From a virus, in the IMG/VR virus record IMGVR_UViG_3300045988_119870: a DNA stretch of 40,865 nucleotides, one strand, 5' to 3'. The notes beneath the pieces are model-generated. The model worked only from the letters and a program-made list of their open reading frames with translations, had not been told where the DNA came from and searched no databases. Both the position numbers and the translations under genes were made by a program. Below are positions 25,230-34,082 of this stretch, one piece after another (position 1 is the first letter of the stretch; each line of letters starts with the position of its first letter).

Positions 25230-25439
25230 CTACTCCTCCTCTCTGCCCTTCCAGCAGCGTTCCAGTTCTTCCAGGACTGCAATGCATACCCGGTCTACAA
25301 AATCCCCATTACCGAATGATTTCGCAAGCTGAGAGCATTCCTGGACGCTCTCAGCATAGTCCTGTTCTTTTCCTGGCCGATTATAATACTTCTTGAAGAA
25401 TCGCCAGACCTCTGTAAAGAATTTAAAATAATTCATCAT
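25230..25439 (-). CDS. Hypothetical protein (69 aa)
   Basis: ATGA overlap with the RusA stop. No family was recognised. Confidence 0.6.
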   Translation of the reverse strand: MMNYFKFFTEVWRFFKKYYNRPGKEQDYAESVQECSQLAKSFGNGDFVDRVCIAVLEELERCWKGREEE

Positions 25440-25837
25440 GGCAGCTCCTCAATCTTGATGTAAATGCCTGGGATGCGCGCCCAGAACTTTTCCACGATCT
25501 CTGACGCAACCAGTGCATCATCTTTCCAGAAGCCTACCGTCGTCATGCAATCTTTCAGCAGCTTCTGCAGATTATCGGTGTCAGGCTTTGTAGTCCGGTA
25601 TTCTCCGTCCTTATGTTTCTCTCCCTGCGGGAAGCACCACTTTGTAACCAGGCGTACCCCTTTCTGGTACGGTTCCATGTCTTCTGGCTTATATTTACAC
25701 AGATGCCCAATCAGTTTCTGTCGGGCTCTTTTTAATTCTGGTGTTTCGTAAAATACCGGTTTCCCATTTACGATTGCAACTTTATGTTCCTGATGTGTTA
25801 TCGTCGGCGGGTTCATCGCCATAAAAAAATCAATCAT
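25436..25837 (-). CDS. rusA: RusA-family Holliday junction resolvase
   Basis: I trimmed the ORF to the ATG at 25837, which has SD GGAGAGGGG. KPDTDNLQKLLKDCMTTVGFWKDDALV matches the RusA catalytic Asp motifs. Confidence 0.85.
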   Translation of the reverse strand: MIDFFMAMNPPTITHQEHKVAIVNGKPVFYETPELKRARQKLIGHLCKYKPEDMEPYQKGVRLVTKWCFPQGEKHKDGEYRTTKPDTDNLQKLLKDCMTTVGFWKDDALVASEIVEKFWARIPGIYIKIEELP

Positions 25838-26048
25838 GATAATCAGCCCCTCTCCAAGTACCAGATTTTTTATCAAATGTGATGCAACCCCAAGATCTTA
25901 ATTTGTCAGCAAACAAATTCAAAAGCTCCGGCTGTTCTTTCAGCCACAGAAGAACTTCGTCTTTCGATGCGTCATAAATTTCTCCAAAGGGGATTCTTCT
26001 AAGCGGAGGCATCTGTCCCGCAATTTTGAGTCGTTTGTCGTGTGACAT
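25830..26048 (-). CDS. Hypothetical protein (72 aa)
   Basis: SD AGGAAAGGAA lies upstream. The gene is co-oriented and overlaps the RusA start by 8 nt. Confidence 0.6.
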   Translation of the reverse strand: MSHDKRLKIAGQMPPLRRIPFGEIYDASKDEVLLWLKEQPELLNLFADKLRSWGCITFDKKSGTWRGADYHD

Positions 26049-26080
26049 GTTTTATCATTCCTTTCCTGCGCGTCTGTGCT

Positions 26081-26340
26081 GGGTGGGTATGCTCCTAACC
26101 CGTTGTGGGGGCGTACTCAATCGCCCCACACTTAGGGTGGGCATGCCCGCACATTCCCGCCCGATTAGGGTATATATTTATATACAGGTGCCGGGCGGGC
26201 ATTCCTGCCACCTAAAAAACAAGGTGTCGGGCAACTTTCTGCCCGATGCCCGTTACCATGATTACGGGCATTCCCGTGACCTATGTTATTTTAGGTGTCG
26301 GGCATTTGCCCATGACCTAAAATGTTTCAGGTATCGGGCA
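26081..26340. repeat. Iteron- and hairpin-rich non-coding region (putative replication origin)
   Basis: AGGT(G/A)(T/C)CGGGC occurs 4 times (26186, 26222, 26293, 26329). GGGTGGG(T/C)ATGC(T/C)C occurs twice (26081, 26135). There is a 9-bp inverted repeat at 26104-26130 and a 7-bp hairpin at 26227-26246. An AT block (tatatatttatatac) lies at 26171-26185. Confidence 0.5.
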
Positions 26341-28584
26341 AATACAACGTGTATCTTTATTTACCATAAATCCGATTTCTTTTAATGAATTTCGAACCGT
26401 TTTTTCCTCCGGATATTTCTCGCCGGTTGCTTCTGCATCCGATTTCAGGACTTCATACAGCTCCTTTACCGTCGGATATTTATCCTCATGAGTAAACCGG
26501 AAATTTTCTATCGCCATCTTATATTTTTCCTTTTTGGCTTTACGCGCTTGCTCTCCTTGTTTCTTTCTGGCTTCTCTACCTTTCTGCCATGCCGGTTTGT
26601 CTGCTTCCAGCTCAAGATCTTTCAGCACGCCGATCTGATCCAGGCAGTGAACCGGATACTCAAACCACATGTTGACCGGTTCGAACTTTGGAAATTCCCG
26701 AAGTGTCCCTTCGATTCTCCATGCCGTATGGGCCTGTACTGCCGCTTTTGCCTCGACGATCTGCTTATCCAGAGCTATCTTCTGCCACCGGTCCAGATGC
26801 GCCTCGCAATAGCTCATCATCTGCGCACTGCTCAGTAAATCGTCCTGGGAAAGATCTTCCTCCCACTTGAAATGCGCATCCAGATAGTCCGTACACGCTT
26901 TGCAGATCGCTTTATTTTCTTTCTGTTTCATCAGCGCTTCGGTAGGCTCCAGCTCGATCAGATCCAGCAGGGCATCCGGATCACGGGCAAATACCCCGGA
27001 CCCAGAAGCACGGTCCATGGACTTCTTTCCGCCCTGGTTTCCTTTACTGTGATGATGGCAATAAATCACCGCGCATCCAAGCTCTGTGCAGACTTTATCA
27101 AATTGGTTACAGAAATTTGCCATCTGATCCGCGCTGTTTTCATCTCCCGTTATGACTTTATAAATCGGGTCAATGATAATAGCCACATAGTTTTTCTTTG
27201 CAGCACGGCGAATCAGCTTTGGTGCCAGCTTATCCATAGGGACTGATTTACCACGCAGATTCCAAATATCAATATTCTGCAGATTATCCGGCGTAAAGCC
27301 CATTGCTGCGTATACATCCTTAAAACGGTGCAGGCAGCTTGCCCGGTCAAGCTCCAGGTTGACGTACATGACCCGTCCCTGCGCACAGTGCCACTGCAGC
27401 CACTTCTTTCCTTCTGCTATGGCTATACACAGCTCGATCTGCAGGAATGACTTTCCCGCCTTGGATGGGCCGGAAATGAGCATCTTGTGGCCTTTTCTCA
27501 GGATCCCATCAATCAGACACGGCGACAGCTCCGGCAGATTATCCCATACACTTTCCAGCCCTTCCGGCTCCGGCAGATCATCGTTGACACCCTCAATCCA
27601 CTCGTACCATTCATTCCAGGACTGTTTTCCGATGTTGGTATCTACGATGAACTGTTTCTTTTCACCACGCTGCACTCCTGGCATTCTGGAAAGTCTCGAT
27701 GGATTCCGGTTCTGTGTATCCACGTCGATTCCGTTTTTCTGGCAGACTTCATACAGATAATCAACCCGTTTTCGATACTCGTTGTAATCTGCCGCATCTA
27801 CCCGCACAATAGCATGCAGGCTCTTTTTTCCGGAATATACCAGGCAGGCGATCGGAAGTTCTAGCTCCCGCAGGATAGCATTCTGCTGTTCCAGCTCCAT
27901 ATGATCTGACTCTACTAAAGCATACCGGTACTCTGTTACATTTTCATTTTTACAGCCGTTTCCGTCCAACGGATTGAAGCGGATCCACGCCCCGGCTTCC
28001 GGATTGTAGTCACCAAGTACTGCGCCAATGTCCCCTTTACAGTCGTTCAGCAATTCAATCAACTGTCCTGCAGTACGGTCCCAGCTGCCTTTTTGTGGCA
28101 GCCAGCGCGTACCTTTTTCATCTGTCTTTTCCCAGCTTCCAGTGACGTATCCTACGTTTTCTCCTGCTTCAAACAGTGTTTCCAGATACGTGATCAGCTG
28201 CTCCGCCGGATTCCAGTTGACAGGTTCCTGAATCTCTTTTCCTTCTAGCCAGTTCTTATCAACAACAACACGGTCACTGTCCACCGCGATACTGTCGTTC
28301 CAATCCAGTTCATGGCCCTTCTCCGGAACCCATCCATGATCCAGGGCAAGCTGTACGATCGTGCCGCCGGTTACCGGTGAGGATGAGCCGGAAAAGGTTC
28401 TCCATTTTTTCTCACATTCATTTGCATGATATCTGCCGTAATCTTTCTGGCTCCAGGCATCCCACACAGAAACCGGATACCCTTCCTGTTTCAGAGCCAT
28501 TCCAACAGAACACCATTCCTGATAAGTAAGCTCGGATGGATTGATATGTTCTATAATTTCTGTAAGGCTCGTCCTCTGTTCCAT
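26317..28584 (-). CDS. Replication protein: PriCT-like N-terminus, primase-polymerase-like core and RepA/DnaB-like (AAA_25) ATPase
   Basis: 755 aa. The N-terminus (YQEWCSVGMALKQEGYPVSVWDAWSQKD...CEKKWRTF) resembles a primase C-terminal-like domain. The central region includes YALVESDH...LVYSGKKSLHAIVRVDA. Walker A is ISGPSKAGKS and the Walker B region reads VAIIIDPIYKV...IYCHHHSKG. Confidence 0.85.
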   Translation of the reverse strand: MEQRTSLTEIIEHINPSELTYQEWCSVGMALKQEGYPVSVWDAWSQKDYGRYHANECEKKWRTFSGSSSPVTGGTIVQLALDHGWVPEKGHELDWNDSIAVDSDRVVVDKNWLEGKEIQEPVNWNPAEQLITYLETLFEAGENVGYVTGSWEKTDEKGTRWLPQKGSWDRTAGQLIELLNDCKGDIGAVLGDYNPEAGAWIRFNPLDGNGCKNENVTEYRYALVESDHMELEQQNAILRELELPIACLVYSGKKSLHAIVRVDAADYNEYRKRVDYLYEVCQKNGIDVDTQNRNPSRLSRMPGVQRGEKKQFIVDTNIGKQSWNEWYEWIEGVNDDLPEPEGLESVWDNLPELSPCLIDGILRKGHKMLISGPSKAGKSFLQIELCIAIAEGKKWLQWHCAQGRVMYVNLELDRASCLHRFKDVYAAMGFTPDNLQNIDIWNLRGKSVPMDKLAPKLIRRAAKKNYVAIIIDPIYKVITGDENSADQMANFCNQFDKVCTELGCAVIYCHHHSKGNQGGKKSMDRASGSGVFARDPDALLDLIELEPTEALMKQKENKAICKACTDYLDAHFKWEEDLSQDDLLSSAQMMSYCEAHLDRWQKIALDKQIVEAKAAVQAHTAWRIEGTLREFPKFEPVNMWFEYPVHCLDQIGVLKDLELEADKPAWQKGREARKKQGEQARKAKKEKYKMAIENFRFTHEDKYPTVKELYEVLKSDAEATGEKYPEEKTVRNSLKEIGFMVNKDTRCICPIPETF

Positions 28585-28589
28585 ACTCT

Positions 28590-30179
28590 TTAAGCTCCTT
28601 TATATTCTCTCGGGTTGATATCCATTGGAATCCGCCAGCCATTCGCTGCGATCCTGTCGATCAGATTCTTTGCTGTTTCAAACTGCCAAGTTCCTACATG
28701 CTCAAATCCCCTGCTTTCCAGAAAACGGATCTGTTTTGGTGTCGTCAGCCCCTCCGTGCGTCTTTTACTCAATCGATCCAAGATCTTTTCTGCTTTTCCT
28801 GCATTCTCGATTTCATCCGGCATAATGCCCAGCTTTTCCAGTGTCTTTTTCTGCTTCTCAGATGGCGGTCCCATTTCCCACCCAAAAGAGGGAACATAGC
28901 TGGACAGGTCTTCCGCCTGGATGGACATCTCAAACTGCAGCGGATCCACCAGTTTCTTTTTGCGCTTCTTCATTTCTGCAAGCTGCTTTGCTAAAGCTTC
29001 TTCTCTTTGTGCTACGACATCCTCAGATGCTTTCTGTTCTGCTTCTTCTAAATCAACCGGCATGCCTGCTTCTTTTTCCAGATTTTCTGTCATCTGCTGG
29101 GCTACTTCTTCATTTTCGCAGATCAGGCTCGCCGGATGGCACAGCTCATGCCGCTCTGTGTGCCACAAAAAATCAAGCAACAGTAGATGGTCTTTTCCTG
29201 TTTCCGGGGACAATCGGGTACCGCGCCCCACCATCTGACAATACAGGCTTCGCACCTTAGTTGGTCTGAGAACCACGATACAATTCACCGACGGGCAATC
29301 CCAGCCCTCTGTCAGAAGCATTGAATTACACAAAACGTTATACTTTCCAGCATCAAAGTCTTTCAAAATTTCAGCTCTGTCCTGGCTGTCTCCATTTACC
29401 TCTGCAGCCCGGAATCCATACTGATTCAGCAAGTCACGGAATTTCTGGCTGGTCTTTACCAGCGGAAGGAATACCACTGTTTTCTTATCCATGCAGTATT
29501 TCTGCATTTCTTCTGCGATCCCCTGCAGATATGGATCCAGTGCGGTGCCGATTTCGCTTGCTTTAAAGTCTCCAGCCTGCACTGATACACTACTCATATC
29601 AATTTTGAGCGGAATAGTCAGTGCCTTGATTGGGGACAGATACCCTTCTTTGATTGCTTTTGGAAGCGTATATTCATAGGCCAGCGATTCAAAATAAACT
29701 CCAAGATTCCGCATATCGCCGCGGTCCGGTGTCGCTGTTACTCCCAATACATGCGCATGCGGGAAATGCTGCAGCACTCTCTGGTAGCTGTCCGAAATAC
29801 AGTGATGGGCTTCGTCGATGATGATTGTATTAAAATAAAAAGGATCAAAGCTGTTCAGGCGTTTTTCTCTCATCAGTGTCTGCACAGAGCCAACTACCAC
29901 GCGGAACCAGCTCCCCTGACAGGAACTCTCTGCCTTTTCAAGCGCACAGCCAAGACCGGTTGTCTTCATCAGCTTATCTGCCGCCTGTTCCAGCAGTTCC
30001 CCTCTGTGTGCCAGGATCAGGACACGATCACCCTGCCGGACACACTCTTCTGTTACTTTAGCAAAAACTACTGTCTTTCCACATCCAGTAGGAAGGACCA
30101 GCAGGGTTTTTAACACCCCGCTGTCCCACTGTTCAAAAATAGCTTCTTTTGCTTCTTTCTGATACGGTCTCAGTTCCAT
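28590..30179 (-). CDS. DEAD/DEAH-box superfamily-2 helicase
   Basis: 529 aa with motif I (LPTGCGKT), motif II (IIIDEAHH), motif III (GVTATPDR) and motif VI (QMVGRGTR). Confidence 0.9.
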   Translation of the reverse strand: MELRPYQKEAKEAIFEQWDSGVLKTLLVLPTGCGKTVVFAKVTEECVRQGDRVLILAHRGELLEQAADKLMKTTGLGCALEKAESSCQGSWFRVVVGSVQTLMREKRLNSFDPFYFNTIIIDEAHHCISDSYQRVLQHFPHAHVLGVTATPDRGDMRNLGVYFESLAYEYTLPKAIKEGYLSPIKALTIPLKIDMSSVSVQAGDFKASEIGTALDPYLQGIAEEMQKYCMDKKTVVFLPLVKTSQKFRDLLNQYGFRAAEVNGDSQDRAEILKDFDAGKYNVLCNSMLLTEGWDCPSVNCIVVLRPTKVRSLYCQMVGRGTRLSPETGKDHLLLLDFLWHTERHELCHPASLICENEEVAQQMTENLEKEAGMPVDLEEAEQKASEDVVAQREEALAKQLAEMKKRKKKLVDPLQFEMSIQAEDLSSYVPSFGWEMGPPSEKQKKTLEKLGIMPDEIENAGKAEKILDRLSKRRTEGLTTPKQIRFLESRGFEHVGTWQFETAKNLIDRIAANGWRIPMDINPREYKGA

Positions 30180-30626
30180 TTAAAATCTCCCTGGCGTAAA
30201 TGCTGGCTTATCCGAGTCTTTCGGATACAGCTTTTCGATGTAATTGAACTTCTTATTTGGATCTTTGATTCCCGGCTTCACGCCGATTTTTGCTCTTGCC
30301 GTTTTTCCCGGAAGTGAATTCCAGTCCATTCTGAGCTCTTCGCCCTCTTTTTTCAGGCCAACACCACGGAACAACTCCGACAGCTTCCATTCCAGACTGC
30401 TATGTAAGATATAGTTCTCGCGAATTGTAATCTCACGGTCTTGTCCGTGTACAATAAAGTACACGACTGCCATATTGCATGGCGGGAGCTTTCCTTCTCC
30501 TTTGGATCTGCTGCGGTCATATTTCTCGATGGTTACGTTGTAATCCCCCTCCGGGATTGGATCAAAGTTCTGGGAATCCTGTTTAATAGAATCATCCCAT
30601 CCAAGTTCTCTTCCTTCTACTGACAT
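30180..30626 (-). CDS. DUF669-family phage protein (ssDNA-binding-like)
   Basis: 148 aa with SD AGGAGG. FDPIPEGDYNVTIEKYDRSRSKGEGKLPPCNMAVVYFIV fits the DUF669 pattern. Its position between the AAA_24 gene and the helicase is typical. Confidence 0.75.
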   Translation of the reverse strand: MSVEGRELGWDDSIKQDSQNFDPIPEGDYNVTIEKYDRSRSKGEGKLPPCNMAVVYFIVHGQDREITIRENYILHSSLEWKLSELFRGVGLKKEGEELRMDWNSLPGKTARAKIGVKPGIKDPNKKFNYIEKLYPKDSDKPAFTPGRF

Positions 30627-30640
30627 AATCGTTTTCCTCC

Positions 30641-31780
30641 TTAATTAAATGGAATTTCCTGTTTTTCTTTCATTTCTTTGATTGCAGCATAGACCTGGTC
30701 CCAGCAGGCTACCAGAAGCCCCTCGATAATGCCAGGATTTACGACATCGTAATCTTTGATCTTTGTGCCGACCGGAACATACCCTTTCGCTTCTACGACG
30801 TTCTCCACGTCCCATTCATCTACGTGATAAGTTTCCATCAGGTCTCGCAGTGCCTTCGGGATTTCCGGATCCAGACTGTTCTCCCCTGCAGGATCCGGCG
30901 TTTTAGGCGGCTCATCCAGTGGAAGATTCATCTGTTCCCCAGTTACTTCTTCTGGCGTTGTCGGCTTCGGAGCTTCCGGAACGGGCTCAGGAGCTGACGC
31001 CGTTTTAGGTACTTCTGCAGCTTTGTACGGTTTCATATCTGCGGAAGCTTTTCCCTGTTCTATAATGCTCTGAATGACTTTGTAGTCAAACGGAACCTCA
31101 TCCGGCAGACCGAAACGGTTCTTTGCATCCCAGCAGGCGTTATGTGACGTGTACATGACACGCTCACCGCCCTGCGCTTTCCTCTTCTTTCCCTTGTCAT
31201 CAACTGCAATGGAAAACGTTTTGTAGTTGGCAAACAGCAGCATGTCCGCCCATTCCTTGATCAGCGGCGATGTCTGGGATGTTGTTTTCTTTCCAAGCTT
31301 CAGTTCCCATCGGTCATAAGCTCCCAGCTCATCCGGCTGTTCAAATTTTTTAATCTGCGCATGTGCTGTAAGAACCACGTTGACGCCCGCTTCCACAACT
31401 TCTGAAAGCCGATTCAGGAACCGGCCAATCTCCTCTTTTACATAGGTATAGCCGTTTCCATACCCGAAATCCTCGATTCCAAACTTCCGATGCTTATCGC
31501 AGATAAACTGGATGCACATAGACTCCGCCCAGTCGATCGTGTCAACCACAAGCGTTTTACACACGTCCGGATGCGTCCGGATGTAGTCCACCTGGTCAAG
31601 AAGGTTCTGCCAGCTTGTAGCTTTTGGCAACCGGGCAACATCCATTGAGTTCGTGCTACCCTCAGTATCAATGAACACCGGATCCGGGAATTTACTGGCA
31701 AACGTAGATTTGCCAATTCCTTCCGGACCATAAACCACAACTTTTTTTGCACAGGGAATTACACCTTTGATAATTTCCAT
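30641..31780 (-). CDS. AAA_24-family ATPase (Sak4-like recombination protein) with a Pro-rich linker and a C-terminal domain
   Basis: I trimmed the ORF to the ATG at 31780 (MEIIKGVIP...), which overlaps the upstream TAA by 1 nt. Walker A is YGPEGIGKST, followed by DPVFIDTEGS. Confidence 0.85.
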   Translation of the reverse strand: MEIIKGVIPCAKKVVVYGPEGIGKSTFASKFPDPVFIDTEGSTNSMDVARLPKATSWQNLLDQVDYIRTHPDVCKTLVVDTIDWAESMCIQFICDKHRKFGIEDFGYGNGYTYVKEEIGRFLNRLSEVVEAGVNVVLTAHAQIKKFEQPDELGAYDRWELKLGKKTTSQTSPLIKEWADMLLFANYKTFSIAVDDKGKKRKAQGGERVMYTSHNACWDAKNRFGLPDEVPFDYKVIQSIIEQGKASADMKPYKAAEVPKTASAPEPVPEAPKPTTPEEVTGEQMNLPLDEPPKTPDPAGENSLDPEIPKALRDLMETYHVDEWDVENVVEAKGYVPVGTKIKDYDVVNPGIIEGLLVACWDQVYAAIKEMKEKQEIPFN

Positions 31781-33072
31781 TAAAATACACCTGCCTTCCA
31801 TGATTTTTGCTGTGGCTGTTCAGCCTGCGCCTGTCCAACCACATAACCGTCTTCGATTATGATGCTGCACTCATCACCGGTACTTACCCTGGTAGCGATC
31901 GCCTGCAGACCTTCGTGCTCCAGCCAGGAGCCAAACTCCTGCAGTGTCTGCAGATCCATCTGCTCCAGCTTATCCAGAAGGACAAAGCCACACTCTGGAT
32001 TTAATTTCCGGACAATGGCTGTTGATACCATCAATCGTTCAGAACCGGACATGTTGTCCCATTTCTGTCCTTTATACACCAGCTCGCCTTCCTTTACAGA
32101 AAGCCCCGGAAGCGGCAGTTCCGCCGATGAAAGCAGATTGGCTTTCTTTTCCCGGACAGAAGTAATTTTCTCCGAAAGCTGATCATACTGACGGCGGTAT
32201 TCTTTTGCATCATCCTCCGCCTTCTCCTTGTCCAGATTTGCGCGTACCATTCGATTGATTTCCTCAATATTGGAAATGCTGTCTTCCAGTTCCTTGGTGG
32301 ACTGATCCACCAGATCAGCGGCCGACTTTTCGGCAGTTTCCAGATCTTTTACCAGCTGCAGGTGATGCTGCTTTGCAGCCTCCAGCTGTTCAGACAACCG
32401 TTTCACTTCGTCATAAGCGCGTTTGGTCTCTTCCCGGATCTTTCCTGCCTGTTCTCTTTTCCGTTGATTCTCGCCATTCTGAGCAAGGATGTCCTGCTGC
32501 TGTCGGATCAGCTCCGAGGCTGACACCAGATCTTTCGGAGCATCCGGATAATACGGCTGTTCTTTTGCAAACTTCTCTTTCTGATCCGCGGTCCGGCCGA
32601 TGTACAGCCGGTCCTGGTACAGCTCTTTCTCGTCATTCTCCAGTTCAGCCAACTGATTACCAACGCCGATGATCTGCAGCAGCGTCTGTGCCTTTTCCTT
32701 TCCGGAGCTCTCCATGAACTTCGGAAGATTCAACGCCAGAGATTCGACAAAAGTGTTCAGCAACGACTGTCCGGCTTTCTGACCACTTGGATCTGTTACC
32801 TTCAACGCGCTGTTTTTGCCTTTACGCTCAACGATCAAACCGTTATTTAATACGATTTTTAAGTTGGGCGGAATGATGGATCCCTCACGCGTTGCATCTG
32901 ATGGTCTGAAGTTTTCGCCACCCAGTGCCCATGCGATGGAATCCAGCACCGATGTCTTACCCTGGTTGTTTCTGCCGCCGATGACGGTCAGACCGTTTGC
33001 CGTCGGTTCCAGTTTTACTGCCTTGATTCGCTTGACATTTTCAATTTCAAGCTTATTGATTTTCACTGACAT
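31780..33072 (-). CDS. SbcC/Rad50/RecF-like AAA ATPase with a coiled-coil insert
   Basis: I trimmed the ORF to the ATG at 33072, which has SD AGGAGG 8 nt upstream. Walker A is GRNNQGKTS. A long coiled coil follows, then an ABC signature-like MSGSERL and Walker B FVLLDKLEQMD. Confidence 0.8.
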   Translation of the reverse strand: MSVKINKLEIENVKRIKAVKLEPTANGLTVIGGRNNQGKTSVLDSIAWALGGENFRPSDATREGSIIPPNLKIVLNNGLIVERKGKNSALKVTDPSGQKAGQSLLNTFVESLALNLPKFMESSGKEKAQTLLQIIGVGNQLAELENDEKELYQDRLYIGRTADQKEKFAKEQPYYPDAPKDLVSASELIRQQQDILAQNGENQRKREQAGKIREETKRAYDEVKRLSEQLEAAKQHHLQLVKDLETAEKSAADLVDQSTKELEDSISNIEEINRMVRANLDKEKAEDDAKEYRRQYDQLSEKITSVREKKANLLSSAELPLPGLSVKEGELVYKGQKWDNMSGSERLMVSTAIVRKLNPECGFVLLDKLEQMDLQTLQEFGSWLEHEGLQAIATRVSTGDECSIIIEDGYVVGQAQAEQPQQKSWKAGVF

Positions 33073-33235
33073 CTTTCTTATCCTCCTTGCCTTTGTTAAA
33101 GTAATTCCACACGGTCCCCGCACTGCAGCCCATTTCGTCTGCAATCTTTTCATAGGACCATCCGGCATTTCGAAGCGCCGTCATTTTGCCGGTATCCAAT
33201 TTTTTCTTACGGCCCTGTCCTGCAGGGCGCTTCGG
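33053..33235 (-). CDS. HTH domain segment in the -1 frame of 33181..33456 (no ATG/SD at its natural N-terminus)
   Basis: Translates to PKRPAGQGRKKKLDTGKMTALRNAGWSYEKIADEMGCSAGTVWNYFNKGKEDKKDVSENQ. The frame is entered across the C7 run at 33234-33240. Stand-alone starts would be only a TTG (47 codons) or an ATG that truncates the first helix. Confidence 0.45.
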   Translation of the reverse strand, partial: PKRPAGQGRKKKLDTGKMTALRNAGWSYEKIADEMGCSAGTVWNYFNKGKEDKKDVSENQ

Positions 33236-33456
33236 GGGGGCGTTGGTTTTGCCTCTGCTTTTGGATCCGGCTCTTTCTTTGGCCGTTCTTCCGACTTGGT
33301 CTGCATTACCGCAAACACAGCACCAGCCTCAGCGGCCGCGCGCACATCCTGCATGGTCATACTGCTGATGGCAACCGGATGCATGACGTAGATATCATCA
33401 CGCATTCCGTGCATCGTCAGATCCACGGCCTCCGTATATTCAACAATCTGCATCAT
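33181..33456 (-). CDS. Hypothetical early protein (91 aa in the zero frame)
   Basis: I trimmed the ORF to the ATG at 33456 (MMQIVEYTEAVDL...), which has SD AAGGGTGAG and starts 2 nt after the upstream stop. The Arg-rich 68-aa N-terminal extension in the ORF track overlaps a better gene in another frame. Confidence 0.55.
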   Translation of the reverse strand: MMQIVEYTEAVDLTMHGMRDDIYVMHPVAISSMTMQDVRAAAEAGAVFAVMQTKSEERPKKEPDPKAEAKPTPPRSALQDRAVRKNWIPAK

Positions 33457-33458
33457 TC

Positions 33459-33707
33459 TCACCCTTCTTTCAACGACCCTGAGCGGATCCACGCCGCAAA
33501 CACCTCGTCCCGGCGCTCTTCTTCCCGCTCTTCCTGCTCCTCGCGGCACTCTTCGACGTAATCGCCGATCTTCTTTGCCACGAGCGCCAGAAGGAACATT
33601 CCAGCTCCCAGGGCGGCGCGTCCCCACAGGTCGGAATCCACGCCGCCGATGTAGATCCATGTACCAACCGCGCCGATTGCCAACGCAGCTCTATCTGATG
33701 CTTTCAT
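33459..33707 (-). CDS. Small two-TM membrane protein with an acidic tail
   Basis: 82 aa with SD AAGGAG. The TM segments are AALAIGAVGTWIYIGGV and AALGAGMFLLALVA, followed by EECREEQEEREEERRDE. Confidence 0.6.
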   Translation of the reverse strand: MKASDRAALAIGAVGTWIYIGGVDSDLWGRAALGAGMFLLALVAKKIGDYVEECREEQEEREEERRDEVFAAWIRSGSLKEG

Positions 33708-33853
33708 TCCTTACTCCTTTCATACCCCATCGACTCCACCGCGGCTTCCATCCGCTGGCGAACGATCTCTTTTGCTTTCTCTTCTCCGAGTTCCTCTGCT
33801 GTATACTGCTGTCCTCCGATTGTGATCCGAGTAACAACCATGATTTCTTTCAT
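33704..33853 (-). CDS. Small hypothetical protein (49 aa, below the ORF-track cutoff)
   Basis: Preceded by GAAGAGGTGGTG (SD-like). Translates to MKEIMVVTRITIGGQQYTAEELGEEKAKEIVRQRMEAAVESMGYERSKE. The stop overlaps the next ATG (ATGA). Confidence 0.45.
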   Translation of the reverse strand: MKEIMVVTRITIGGQQYTAEELGEEKAKEIVRQRMEAAVESMGYERSKE

Positions 33854-34082
33854 AAGGCACCACCTCTTCCTTATCGTATGCAACCCGTCTCCGTAATGAT
33901 TTTCTATTGATTCATAACCATTTTTGAGCTATTATGTAGTTGCAAATTGTTTTTTTGTATTCGTCCCATGGGAATTGGTCCTTCCTGTGGGACTTTTTCT
34001 TTTTATTGACTTTTTACTGTTCCACTCCTATTCTGGTTATACAGGGCACTGCCATGCCCGAGTTTTTTGAAAGGAGATCATC

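Noticed and set aside
26081-26340. Possible CRISPR array, because of the repeated GC-rich motifs.
   Set aside because: The repeats are only 12-14 bp, irregularly spaced, partly inverted and degenerate. No 25-40-bp repeat/spacer periodicity is present and there are no cas genes. A replication origin is the better fit.
33459-33667. 65-aa ORF 33470..33667, and the Arg-rich start of 33181..33660.
   Set aside because: Both overlap the 82-aa membrane-protein gene, which has a proper SD and tight coupling to its neighbours. Their composition is typical of off-frame GC-rich translation.
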